Positions 39,174-48,438 of a stretch of DNA of 64,000 nucleotides are shown one piece after another (within the stretch, counting starts at the first letter, position 1; each line of letters opens with the position of its first letter). The notes beneath the pieces are model-generated. The model did no database searches, was not told the DNA's origin, and saw nothing but the letters and a program-made list of their open reading frames with translations. Source of the DNA: a virus; IMG/VR virus record IMGVR_UViG_3300042287_000745, positions 1 through 64,000 of that record; one strand, written 5' to 3'. The translations under genes and the position numbers were made by a program.

Positions 39174-40148
39174 ATGACTAAGACTGTTATAGTTACAGGC
39201 GCCGCCGGTTATATCGGTGGCGCTATTTGCATAGAACTTATTACCAAAGGGTATTATGTAATCGGTATTGATCGCCGAGCATTACCTTCGCATTTGGAAA
39301 TATATTGCGATGAATTTATCCAATCTGATTTTATTGGTTATGCATCATTAATGCAAGTAGAAAAACAACCATGTGCAATTATACATTGTGCGGGTACAAG
39401 TTTAGTTGGACCTAGTATACAAAACCCCGAAGAATATTATGAAAACAATATTCAGAAAACTTTAGAATATCTAAAATATATTCGCAAACGTTCTGCAAAT
39501 ACCAAATTTATTTTTAGTAGCAGCGCCTCTGTGTATGGGAATCCTAATACAGATGTACCAATAACAGAAGAACAACCAACTAATCCTATTTCACCTTACG
39601 GTGAATCTAAGTTAATGATTGACCGGGCTTTGCATTCTTTTAATATCGCATATGGTATGCAATATGTTTCTTTTAGATATTTTAATGCATGCGGAGCAAT
39701 TGAGAACAGTATACATGGGCAGGAGGCAAACGCTTCACATATTTTTCCTAGAGTGTTTGAAGCAATTTTAGAAAATCTCCCATTTACATTAAACGGAAAT
39801 GATTATAATACTAAAGATGGGACCTGTGTTAGAGATTATGTTCACGTATCAGATATTGCTAGCGCACATGTAATGGCAATAGAAAAAAATATACAAGGAA
39901 TATATAATATAGGATCTATCAGAGGTTACTCTAATCTGGAGATCATCAAAGAAGTATCTAAATGTTTAGGTAAAAACTTATCTATTGAAATTGCAGATAA
40001 GCGTATAGGTGACCCTGCATATCTAATTGCAGATTCTAATAAATTATTTTTAGATGCGGGTTGGACAGCAAAAAAAGATTTACGTACTATTATTAAAGAT
40101 TTACATGACTGGTACTTCCCAGAGGCCTCCGGCGCTCATCCCTCTTAA
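39174..40148 (+). CDS. galE: UDP-glucose 4-epimerase
   Basis: VTGAAGYIG, FSSSASVYG, YGESK, FRYFNACG, DGTCVRDYVHV, RIGDPAYL. Confidence 0.92.
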   Translation: MTKTVIVTGAAGYIGGAICIELITKGYYVIGIDRRALPSHLEIYCDEFIQSDFIGYASLMQVEKQPCAIIHCAGTSLVGPSIQNPEEYYENNIQKTLEYLKYIRKRSANTKFIFSSSASVYGNPNTDVPITEEQPTNPISPYGESKLMIDRALHSFNIAYGMQYVSFRYFNACGAIENSIHGQEANASHIFPRVFEAILENLPFTLNGNDYNTKDGTCVRDYVHVSDIASAHVMAIEKNIQGIYNIGSIRGYSNLEIIKEVSKCLGKNLSIEIADKRIGDPAYLIADSNKLFLDAGWTAKKDLRTIIKDLHDWYFPEASGAHPS

Positions 40149-40183
40149 AATATTCTGCGTGTCTTCTTTTAAATATGGAGACA
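40121..40183 (+). ncRNA. Candidate preQ1-I-like riboswitch (H-type pseudoknot) plus RBS-sequestering hairpin upstream of queD
   Basis: P1 AGAGG/CCUCU with a loop ending CAUC, an A-rich tail UAAAA, and loop GCGC complementary to tail GCGU. UGUCUUC/GGAGACA then covers the GGAG RBS. Confidence 0.55.
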
Positions 40184-40189
40184 AATAAA

Positions 40190-40675
40190 ATGACAAACAA
40201 AAAATTCTTTTCTACAAAAACATACAGACAAATCGGGCCAGTTGCTTACCGGCAATGGCGCGCCGATTCTCATTGCAATTTAATTCATGGTTATGCTATG
40301 AGTTTTCACTTTGAATTTGAAGCAGATACGTTAGATGCTCGCAATTGGGTTACTGACTTCGGAGGACTAAGACCACTTAAGGATAGTCTAGAAGAGTGGT
40401 TCGACCATACTTTACTTGTCGCTGAAGACGATCCTATGCGAGACGAACTACTGCACTTAGGTAAAATTGGCCTGGCTAAAATTACAGAAGTAGAACGAAC
40501 CGGTTGCGAAGGCATTGCTGATTTTCTATATGAATATATTAACACTATCTTTTTACCTAATTGCGGCGCAGAAGAAGCAAAACGGGTCTGGTGCTGCCGG
40601 GTAGAGGTCCGGGAAACAGATTCTAATATGGCTGGCAGAAACGGTCACCGAGAAGATAATGAATTTATGGCATAA
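40190..40675 (+). CDS. queD: 6-carboxy-5,6,7,8-tetrahydropterin synthase
   Basis: CxxxHG motif HCNLIHGY, WVTDFG, FDHTLL, VEVRET. ATG 40190 follows the GGAG RBS. Confidence 0.9.
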   Translation: MTNKKFFSTKTYRQIGPVAYRQWRADSHCNLIHGYAMSFHFEFEADTLDARNWVTDFGGLRPLKDSLEEWFDHTLLVAEDDPMRDELLHLGKIGLAKITEVERTGCEGIADFLYEYINTIFLPNCGAEEAKRVWCCRVEVRETDSNMAGRNGHREDNEFMA

Positions 40676-41179
40676 ATGAAAAAAACAAATATCGCAAAGG
40701 GTGCTCAAAGTAAAGATGAGTATGTAGGCGATTTAACTATTGCATTTATAAATCATAATACATCTGAATATCCGGTTACAGTAGGTGCAGTAAAATTTGC
40801 ACCTGTTCCTGTAACTAAGCAAAAAGATTTGATGTTAAATGTTGCAAGATTGCATGCGCAACAAGAGTATGATAGAATTATGGAATTAGTTACTGTGCTA
40901 CAAAAACAAGCACATGGAATTAAACATAGATTAGATTTTACTGATCGAGTACATGCTGCAGAATACTCATTTCAATTATATCATGGACAAACCTATTGGT
41001 TAGCATTTGATAAAAAAATACAAAAAACGATTTTAATAATCAATGGACCGAATGACTGGTCTACGGGTGCGCCAGCACACTATGACTATATTACACGGGC
41101 TAAATGGTTAGGTGATCATACCTGGTTAGAAGTCGATGAAGAAGGAAATCCTGTAAATGAAAATAGCGTTAATTACTGA
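40676..41179 (+). CDS. DUF2452-like hypothetical protein
   Basis: AQQEYDRIMEL...VHAAEYSF...GQTYWL...GPNDW pattern. Confidence 0.55.
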   Translation: MKKTNIAKGAQSKDEYVGDLTIAFINHNTSEYPVTVGAVKFAPVPVTKQKDLMLNVARLHAQQEYDRIMELVTVLQKQAHGIKHRLDFTDRVHAAEYSFQLYHGQTYWLAFDKKIQKTILIINGPNDWSTGAPAHYDYITRAKWLGDHTWLEVDEEGNPVNENSVNY

Positions 41180-42221
41180 TACACACTTTGGGGCAAGGTC
41201 GGATTCGCAACCATTTGATGCATATTTTAAAAGATTTTATCAAGAATCATTTTTCCCAGAATTACAAAAACGTAATATTAAAAATATTATTCACCTAGGT
41301 GATTGCTTTGATCGTCGGAAATATATCAATTTTAATTCTTTAAAATCTTGCCGGGAGTATTTCTTTGATCAAACAAAGTACCTTGGCATTACTATGGATA
41401 TGATTATTGGTAATCATGATACATTCTTTAAGAATACGAATAATGTAAATTCGCCCGATTTACTACTAACCGAATATGCAAATATTAATGCATATAAAGA
41501 TGCGACGGAAGTAGACTTCGGTGATTGTACTATATTGATGATGCCGTGGTTGTGTGCTGATAATTACGAAGAATCAATGACGCTAGTTAAAAAAACTAAA
41601 GCAACGGTGTGTTTTGGTCATTTAGAGTTAGCAGGATTTGTAATGTACAAAGGTCAAAATACGCAGGAATCGCATGGCGGTTTAGATTCTAAATTATTTA
41701 GCAAATTTGATTTAGTATGTTCTGGGCATTTTCATCATAAGCATAGTGGAGGCAATATCCATTATTTGGGTAATCCATACCAAATGTTCTGGAATGATTT
41801 TGAGGATCCTAGAGGATTTCATATCTTTGATACTGTTACTTTGGAATTAGAATTTATTGAGAATCCTTTTACGATATTTGAAAAATATTATTATGATGAC
41901 GATAAAGAAGATGTGTCGACAATAGATATTACTAAATTTGCAAGTAAACTAATAAAATTGATAGTTGTAAATAAAAAAGATTTTATTAAATTTGATACGT
42001 TTATTGAAAATATATACAATCAAAATCCAATTGAATTAAAAATTATCGAAGACTTCTCGGAGTTTGAGGCAGAAGCCTTAGATGAGACAATTGACTTAGA
42101 AGATACTATGACTCTATTATCCAACTATGTTGATAGTATAGAAACAGATGCGGATAAAGACCGTATTAAAACTTTGATGAAATCGTTATACGTAGAAGCT
42201 CAAAATTATGAGGAAGCATGA
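41157..42221 (+). CDS. gp47: Recombination endonuclease subunit gp47 (Mre11/SbcD-like)
   Basis: ITDTHFG, HLGDCFDRRK, IGNHD, SGHFH, YLGNPY. Confidence 0.95.
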   Translation: MKIALITDTHFGARSDSQPFDAYFKRFYQESFFPELQKRNIKNIIHLGDCFDRRKYINFNSLKSCREYFFDQTKYLGITMDMIIGNHDTFFKNTNNVNSPDLLLTEYANINAYKDATEVDFGDCTILMMPWLCADNYEESMTLVKKTKATVCFGHLELAGFVMYKGQNTQESHGGLDSKLFSKFDLVCSGHFHHKHSGGNIHYLGNPYQMFWNDFEDPRGFHIFDTVTLELEFIENPFTIFEKYYYDDDKEDVSTIDITKFASKLIKLIVVNKKDFIKFDTFIENIYNQNPIELKIIEDFSEFEAEALDETIDLEDTMTLLSNYVDSIETDADKDRIKTLMKSLYVEAQNYEEA

Positions 42222-43936
42222 TAAAATTTAAGACTATACGTTGGAAAAACTTCTTATCAACAGGAGCACAATTCACAGAAGTTGGATTAGATAAATCAAC
42301 TACCACATTAGTTGTTGGTGAAAATGGTGCCGGTAAAAGCACCATTCTTGACGCATTGTGTTTTGTTTTATTTAATAAACCATTTCGTAGTATCAATAAG
42401 CCTCAATTACTCAATACGATCAATGCTAAAAATTTACTAGTAGAGTTAGAATTTAATATTGGTCCTAAAGAATATAAAATTGTTCGGGGTATTAAACCTG
42501 GTATCTTTGAAATTCATGTGCAGAACGTGTTATTGAATCAAGATGCCGCAGCGAAAGATTACCAAAAATATTTAGAAGATACTATTCTAAAATTAAATTA
42601 TAAATCATTTACGCAGATTGTAATTTTAGGTAGTGCATCTTTTACTCCCTTTATGCAATTGCCGTTGGGTCATCGAAGAGAAATTATTGAGGATATTTTA
42701 GATATTCAAATATTTACAGTAATGAATTCGGTATTGAAGAATAAACAAACTGAAATAAAAAATTCAATTTTGGATATAGATTCTAAAGTAGAGTTTGGTA
42801 AAAGCAAGGTTAAATTACAACAAGACTACATTAAAACCCTTGAAGATGATATACAAAAACGGGCAAAGGATACTACAGTATTAATTGAGACTGCAAATAT
42901 TGCAATTAACGGTTTTACTACAGAGATAAACACATTAAAATCGCAAGTGGATGGATTAAAACTTACAATTTTAGATGATGATGAAACAAAGAAAAAAGAA
43001 AAACAAATACTTAAAGTACTGGACAAACTTAAAGAGAAGTCAAAGAAAGTAAATTCTGACATCACATTCTATCTTAACCACGATGATTGTCCCACATGCA
43101 ATCAAAATTTAAGTGAGGACTTTAAGGATAAAACGATTACGGAACATAAGCATAAATCGTCTGAGGTTGCTGATGCTATAAACGATTTAGAAAACCAAAT
43201 AACCGATATTAATTTGCGATTAGAAAAAATAGATGTAGTTAAAACTAAGATTGCAGAATTGAATGAATCTATTATTGAATTTAGCTCTAGTTTAATTGCC
43301 GAACAAAACTATATTAAAAAATTAGCAAAAGAGATTCAGGATAGTGCTACCAATACTACCAACATAGATGAGGAAAAAACTAAATTAAAGGCATTGGCTA
43401 AAGATGTTATTCTTTTGTCTGAAGAAAAAGGTAAGCAAACAGAAGAAAAACACTATTTTGAGATTGCGGGTATACTTTTAAAAGATACCGGAATTAAAAC
43501 TAAAATTATTAGACAATATTTGCCAATCATTAATAAATTAGTAAACAAGTATTTAGTGGCAATGGATTTCTTTTGTCATTTTGAATTGGATGAAACATTC
43601 AATGAGACAATAAAGTCTAGGCATCGAGATGAATTTTCGTACGCATCATTTAGTGAAGGTGAAAAACAGCGTATTGATTTGGCGCTATTATTTACTTGGC
43701 GAACAATTGCAAAAATGAAAAATTGCGCTAGCACAAATTTGCTATTACTTGATGAGGTTTTCGATTCATCTTTAGATGCAAATGGTACAGATTATGTGAT
43801 GAACCTTATAAATACTTTAGGTGACGAGACTAATGTATTTGTAATTAGTCACAAGGGAGATCTTCTATTTGATAAATTTAGAAGTGTTATAAAATTTGAG
43901 AAACACCAAAATTTCTCTAGAATACAAGGAAGTTAA
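42218..43936 (+). CDS. gp46: Recombination ATPase gp46 (Rad50/SbcC-like)
   Basis: GENGAGKST, zinc hook CPTC, FSEGEKQRIDLA, LLDEVFDSSLD, VISHK. Confidence 0.97.
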   Translation: MIKFKTIRWKNFLSTGAQFTEVGLDKSTTTLVVGENGAGKSTILDALCFVLFNKPFRSINKPQLLNTINAKNLLVELEFNIGPKEYKIVRGIKPGIFEIHVQNVLLNQDAAAKDYQKYLEDTILKLNYKSFTQIVILGSASFTPFMQLPLGHRREIIEDILDIQIFTVMNSVLKNKQTEIKNSILDIDSKVEFGKSKVKLQQDYIKTLEDDIQKRAKDTTVLIETANIAINGFTTEINTLKSQVDGLKLTILDDDETKKKEKQILKVLDKLKEKSKKVNSDITFYLNHDDCPTCNQNLSEDFKDKTITEHKHKSSEVADAINDLENQITDINLRLEKIDVVKTKIAELNESIIEFSSSLIAEQNYIKKLAKEIQDSATNTTNIDEEKTKLKALAKDVILLSEEKGKQTEEKHYFEIAGILLKDTGIKTKIIRQYLPIINKLVNKYLVAMDFFCHFELDETFNETIKSRHRDEFSYASFSEGEKQRIDLALLFTWRTIAKMKNCASTNLLLLDEVFDSSLDANGTDYVMNLINTLGDETNVFVISHKGDLLFDKFRSVIKFEKHQNFSRIQGS

Positions 43937-43937
43937 T

Positions 43938-44534
43938 ATGGCAAATGATACTTGGCAATTACAAACGCATACGGTAAATACGTATTGTTATTATTCAGGA
44001 GTATTTGATGATGAAATGCTTGACGATATTGTTACGTTGGGCGATTCTCTTTTATTAAAAAATGCAGAGGTTGGTGGAAATTTTGATGTGCCAGGTGGCG
44101 AAAATGCGGATATTCGAAAAACAACTATTGGTTGGATTCCTACAAACGATCAAAATGCTTGGCTTTATAGAAAATTAACAGACAGCATCTTTCAGGCAAA
44201 TTCAAAATGGTTTAATTATGATCTTAACCATATTGAATCACTACAATTTTCAGTATATAATGAAGGTGATTTTTATGATGCGCACGTTGACCATCATTAT
44301 CAAGGCGCAGGGCAATATCCTAGAAAATTGAGTTTTACTATGCAATTATCAGATCCTTCGGATTATGAGGGCGGCGATGTAAATTTAATTACGTCTCAAA
44401 CCCCATTTGCAATTCCAAAAGAGCGAGGAACAATTACATTTTTTCCTTCGTATACTTTACATGAAGTTAAACCTGTTACCAAAGGAATCCGAAAAGCATT
44501 AGTTGGCTGGATTCACGGCCCTAATTGGAAATAA
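43938..44534 (+). CDS. 2OG-Fe(II) oxygenase (prolyl-hydroxylase/PKHD type)
   Basis: FYDAHVD (HxD), RKLSFTMQL, YEGG, FPSYTLHEVKPVTKGIRKALVGW. Confidence 0.9.
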   Translation: MANDTWQLQTHTVNTYCYYSGVFDDEMLDDIVTLGDSLLLKNAEVGGNFDVPGGENADIRKTTIGWIPTNDQNAWLYRKLTDSIFQANSKWFNYDLNHIESLQFSVYNEGDFYDAHVDHHYQGAGQYPRKLSFTMQLSDPSDYEGGDVNLITSQTPFAIPKERGTITFFPSYTLHEVKPVTKGIRKALVGWIHGPNWK

Positions 44535-44537
44535 CAA

Positions 44538-44813
44538 ATGGCTAACAAAATTCCGTTGGAGTATCTAGAATTAGATAACGATTTTGGTTTCACCGCAGTA
44601 AATGAAAAAGATGTTACTGAACCAATATTGGCAGAAGCCAAAACATCGGTAGATAGTGAAACCAAATTGAAGTTGCAGACTTTAGAAAAAATGGTTATGC
44701 CCCTTTTGGTTAATTTGATGAAGAATCCCGAAAAGGAGTACATACATTGGCCAAATCGAGTTCCTCTCATAGAGAAGCAAATTGAGCGTATTTTAGCTAT
44801 AACTAGAGCTTGA
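44538..44813 (+). CDS. Conserved T4-like hypothetical protein
   Basis: DFGFTAV...PLLVNLMKNPEKEYIHWPNR. Confidence 0.7.
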   Translation: MANKIPLEYLELDNDFGFTAVNEKDVTEPILAEAKTSVDSETKLKLQTLEKMVMPLLVNLMKNPEKEYIHWPNRVPLIEKQIERILAITRA

Positions 44814-44838
44814 CAACTGATCCTTTAGGTGTTATAAT
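44810..44838 (+). promoter_or_regulatory. Consensus sigma70 (early) promoter TTGACA-N17-TATAAT with extended -10
   Basis: TTGACA 44810-44815, TG, TATAAT 44833-44838. Confidence 0.85.
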
Positions 44839-44863
44839 ATAGAAAAGCCTAAAGGAGATACAT

Positions 44864-47074
44864 ATGATAACCGATTCTAAGTCTATATTAGCAAAACTTT
44901 TAGCATCAGAAAACATTCAAGTAGAACATAAGAAAACTTCTACCGCATACTTCGATACCAAAAATCGGGTCATGGTCATTCCTATTTGGAAGTCCATGAC
45001 TCCGTTCTTATACGATTTGCTTCTAGGCCATGAGGTTGGGCATGCATTGTTTACCCCACCTGACGGCTGGCACGATCAAGTATTAGATGGTACCAAGAAG
45101 GGGTTCAAAACATATTTAAATGTTGTCGAAGACGCTCGCATCGAAAAATGTATTCAAGAAAAGTTTCCTGGGTTGAAGGTATCCTTTAAAAAGGGATATG
45201 CTGAACTAATGCAAAAAGACTTTTTCGGAATTCAGAAAAATGAATGGGATATCAACACACTGCCTTTAATTGATCGTATCAATTTACACTATAAGGTCGG
45301 TTCATATTTAAACGTGCAATTCAAAGATGATGAACAATATTTTTTAAAACGAATTAATGGTATTAAAACGTGGGATGACGTTGTTTCTGTATCTAACGAA
45401 TTGTATGAATATGGTAAAACAGAACCAAAATTGCAAAATTTTGATGATGTCGATTATGTTGAGGATATGGATGATGATTTTGATTCGGAAGATGATACTT
45501 GGGAAGAAGTGGAATCTGATTCTGATTCCGATAAAAAGAGCAAAAAAACAAAAAATAGACGAGGATCGGATATTGGCGAGTTTGATCCAGAGTCAGTAAC
45601 TGATAAATTTTTTCGGCAAATGGAAAATCAACTTGTCGACGATTCAGTAAAGCCATACCTTTATGTCAATATGCCTGAGGTTGATATTAGTAAAGTCATT
45701 GTACCGTATAAAACAATTCAGAAATTCTACACAAAATTTCGGTATCAAGATTATACACTTAATGTTGATACTTTGGATGCATTAGCAATTACACAATCAG
45801 AAAAAGCAAAAGAACATTTGTATAAAAAGTTCTTAGAATCGAATAAGAAATATATAGGTTATTTGGTTAAAGAATTTGAGCTTAAAAAGAATGCTAAACA
45901 ATATGCAAGGGCATCTATTGCTAAAACTGGCAAATTGGATATGAAAAAAATTCATTCTTATAAGACTAATGATGATCTGTTTAAACGAATGACAATTGTC
46001 CCAGACGGTAAATCTCATGGGTTATTGATGTTCGTAGATTATTCTGGGTCTATGGGTGAAAGTATTCAAGCAACAATTGAGCAAACCCTAGTTTTGGTAA
46101 TGTTCTGCAGAAAAGTAAATATTCCATTTCGTGTATATGCATTCACTGATCTACAGAATGATTCAATTAATATTGAACTAGGTATGGAAACTCCAAATAC
46201 AGAGGACCCGGCTACATATTTTAGAGCTCGTAGTGTGAATGGATTGGGTAGATTTTCAAAACGAGTAAATGATTTGCATGTTGATGATGTTGCATTCAGA
46301 TTACGCGAATATGTATCAAGCGAAATGAATTCAAATGATTTTAAAGATGCAGTTAAATATTGGTTGCTTGTGGGAGAATTGATGACTTCTCGGTATAACC
46401 ATAGGGGTAGCACAAATCCTGCGGTTAGTGTACATTTAAGAAATTCAGAATTTGAACAATTGAATGGCACCCCTTTGAATGAAGCCATTATTTCTGCAAT
46501 CGATATTACGGAAGCTTTTAGAAAACAATATAAATTGGATGTCGTCAATACAGTATTTTTAACCGACGGCGATTCAAACGATACGGGGGCAGTATATAAA
46601 GAAAATGATAAATATCTCAATTACTACGATAAGTATGGGAATAATTGTAATGTCATTATTCGGCACACTAAGACTATGCTGGAAGGTAAGAAAATTCCTA
46701 ATGCGGAATTAACTACTGGTTTGCTAGATTTACTGAAAAAAGTATCCGGTGCAAATACAATTGGTTTTTTTATTGCTCCTAGATTTGGAAGGAACGTTGT
46801 TATGAACAGAATTAGTAAAACGGGTAAATACGTTCAGAATTTTGATCAGCAATATAAAACGGCAAAACAACAGAAATTCTTCATGTTAAATGATGTTGGA
46901 TATGATGATTTCTATATTATTCCTGGTGGAAAAGATTTGGAAATCACTGAAGATAATTTGGTTGTTTCGGCAGGAGCCAAAAAGACAGAGATTAAAAACG
47001 CATTTATGAAAATGCAAAAAAGCAAATCTATTAATCGAGTTCTTTTGAGTAGATTCGTTAGTAAAATTGCTTGA
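44864..47074 (+). CDS. CobT-like protein: N-terminal HExxH metallopeptidase-like domain plus C-terminal VWA domain
   Basis: LLGHEVGHAL, NVVEDARIE, MIDAS DYSGSM, GTPLNEA, FLTDGDS. Confidence 0.85.
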   Translation: MITDSKSILAKLLASENIQVEHKKTSTAYFDTKNRVMVIPIWKSMTPFLYDLLLGHEVGHALFTPPDGWHDQVLDGTKKGFKTYLNVVEDARIEKCIQEKFPGLKVSFKKGYAELMQKDFFGIQKNEWDINTLPLIDRINLHYKVGSYLNVQFKDDEQYFLKRINGIKTWDDVVSVSNELYEYGKTEPKLQNFDDVDYVEDMDDDFDSEDDTWEEVESDSDSDKKSKKTKNRRGSDIGEFDPESVTDKFFRQMENQLVDDSVKPYLYVNMPEVDISKVIVPYKTIQKFYTKFRYQDYTLNVDTLDALAITQSEKAKEHLYKKFLESNKKYIGYLVKEFELKKNAKQYARASIAKTGKLDMKKIHSYKTNDDLFKRMTIVPDGKSHGLLMFVDYSGSMGESIQATIEQTLVLVMFCRKVNIPFRVYAFTDLQNDSINIELGMETPNTEDPATYFRARSVNGLGRFSKRVNDLHVDDVAFRLREYVSSEMNSNDFKDAVKYWLLVGELMTSRYNHRGSTNPAVSVHLRNSEFEQLNGTPLNEAIISAIDITEAFRKQYKLDVVNTVFLTDGDSNDTGAVYKENDKYLNYYDKYGNNCNVIIRHTKTMLEGKKIPNAELTTGLLDLLKKVSGANTIGFFIAPRFGRNVVMNRISKTGKYVQNFDQQYKTAKQQKFFMLNDVGYDDFYIIPGGKDLEITEDNLVVSAGAKKTEIKNAFMKMQKSKSINRVLLSRFVSKIA

Positions 47075-47099
47075 CAAGAATTGCAATAGGTGTTATAAT
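47071..47099 (+). promoter_or_regulatory. Consensus sigma70 (early) promoter TTGACA-N17-TATAAT
   Basis: TTGACA 47071-47076, TATAAT 47094-47099; shares TAGGTGTTATAATA with the promoter at 44810. Confidence 0.85.
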
Positions 47100-47132
47100 A
47101 TGATGTAGCTTTTAACTTTTGAGGATTATATT

Positions 47133-48404
47133 ATGTCTAGAACGCATTACAGTGAGCAGCAACGTACCGAATTAGTTATTAAATTAGAAGAAGAATATGG
47201 TAGCAAAGTATCTAAAGATGAAATTTTAGAATTTTGCGATATGCGAAATTTGCCGAATCCGCATTTTTTAGTTTCTCGAAAAGATATTAAGGTCAATAAA
47301 GTATATGACCTTAGTCTATTAAATTCTTCGACTATTAGCGATCCTTATATGAATGATACACCGATTGTAGCGCCCACCCCATCCGCACAAATTTTGCCTT
47401 TGAAGCAACGTAAAATGGTTTCAGAGATTGATAACTCTGTGCCAGCAAAAGATAATACGTATGTCCCGTTTGGCTTTTTTAAGCAACTGGAACAAATTTT
47501 AAAATCAAGAACATTTTATCCGGTCTTTATTACTGGTCTATCGGGTAATGGCAAGACTACGATGGTCGAACAAGTGTGCGCAAAACTTGGGCGAGATTGT
47601 ATTCGGGTAAATGTTAGTATCGAAACAGATGAAGAAGATCTAATCGGTGGTAATACATTGCTAGATGGCAATGTTGTTTATCGTGAAGGGCCGGTACTAA
47701 TGGCTATGCGCCGCGGCGCAGTTCTTTTGATCGATGAAATTGATCGAGGTTCAAATAAACTAATGTGTATGCAAAGTATTCTTGAGGGCAAGCCATTGTT
47801 CAATAAGAAAACTGGCGAGATGATTTATCCCGCGGCAGGATTTACTGTAGTTGCTACCGCAAATACTAAGGGTCGAGGCACAGACGATGGTCGCTTTATT
47901 GCAGCACAAATTTTGGACGAGGCATTTCTTGAACGCTTCCCTATTACGGTAGAACAAGAGTATCCGTCGACTACTGTTGAACGAAAAATTCTGCAAAATA
48001 AAATGGAATTTTTTGGTAAAGTTGATTCTGAATTTTCTGAGAAACTTATTACGTGGGCAGACATTATTCGTAAGACTTTTCTTGAGGGCGGCGTAGATGA
48101 AATTATCAGCACTCGCCGATTGGTAAATATCGTGCAGGCGTACTCAATTTTTAACAATCAAGAAGATGCGATTCAATATTGCATTAATCGATTCGACGAT
48201 GATACTAAGTCCGCATTTATGGATTTGTATCAAAAAATGAGCAATCCGTTGCGTCAGGAAACTACTTCGGAAACAGTATACGATGATACTAAGTCCGCAT
48301 TTATGGATTTGTATCAAAAAATGAGCAATCCGTTGCGTCAGGAAACTACTTCGGAAACAGTATACGATGACGGCGAACCTCTTATTAGTAGTCCACAAAT
48401 TTAA
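47133..48404 (+). CDS. cobS: CobS/MoxR-like AAA+ ATPase
   Basis: GLSGNGKT, LLIDEID, ATANTKGRG, EAFLERF, ISTRRL. Phage cobS-type family, not necessarily involved in cobalamin synthesis. Confidence 0.88.
   Translation: MSRTHYSEQQRTELVIKLEEEYGSKVSKDEILEFCDMRNLPNPHFLVSRKDIKVNKVYDLSLLNSSTISDPYMNDTPIVAPTPSAQILPLKQRKMVSEIDNSVPAKDNTYVPFGFFKQLEQILKSRTFYPVFITGLSGNGKTTMVEQVCAKLGRDCIRVNVSIETDEEDLIGGNTLLDGNVVYREGPVLMAMRRGAVLLIDEIDRGSNKLMCMQSILEGKPLFNKKTGEMIYPAAGFTVVATANTKGRGTDDGRFIAAQILDEAFLERFPITVEQEYPSTTVERKILQNKMEFFGKVDSEFSEKLITWADIIRKTFLEGGVDEIISTRRLVNIVQAYSIFNNQEDAIQYCINRFDDDTKSAFMDLYQKMSNPLRQETTSETVYDDTKSAFMDLYQKMSNPLRQETTSETVYDDGEPLISSPQI
48196..48370 (+). repeat. Perfect 84-bp in-frame tandem duplication
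   Basis: DDTKSAFMDLYQKMSNPLRQETTSETVY occurs twice; ACGATGA at 48196, 48280 and 48364. Confidence 0.97.
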
Positions 48405-48412
48405 TTGATAAA

Positions 48413-48438
48413 GTATAGCGTACGCAAGTACGCTATAC
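48413..48438. other. Perfect 11-bp hairpin with GCAA tetraloop
   Basis: GTATAGCGTAC-GCAA-GTACGCTATAC between cobS and the sugar island. Confidence 0.85.

Noticed and set aside
15798-43936. Inteins, introns or homing endonucleases in gp17, gp20, gp23, uvsW or gp46
   Set aside because: The proteins are of normal length and continuous; no Hint, LAGLIDADG, HNH or GIY-YIG motifs were seen.
43938-44534. TET/JBP base hydroxylase feeding the DNA glycosyltransferases
   Set aside because: The motifs match the PKHD/prolyl-hydroxylase class, and no neighbouring cytosine methyltransferase is present.
48196-48370. Direct repeat as a possible CRISPR array or att site
   Set aside because: Two abutting copies with no spacer, in frame within a CDS; no cas or integrase genes.
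44864-48404. Cobalamin-biosynthesis auxiliary genes
   Set aside because: No cobN. The AAA+/VWA pair is a common T4-like chaperone-type module.
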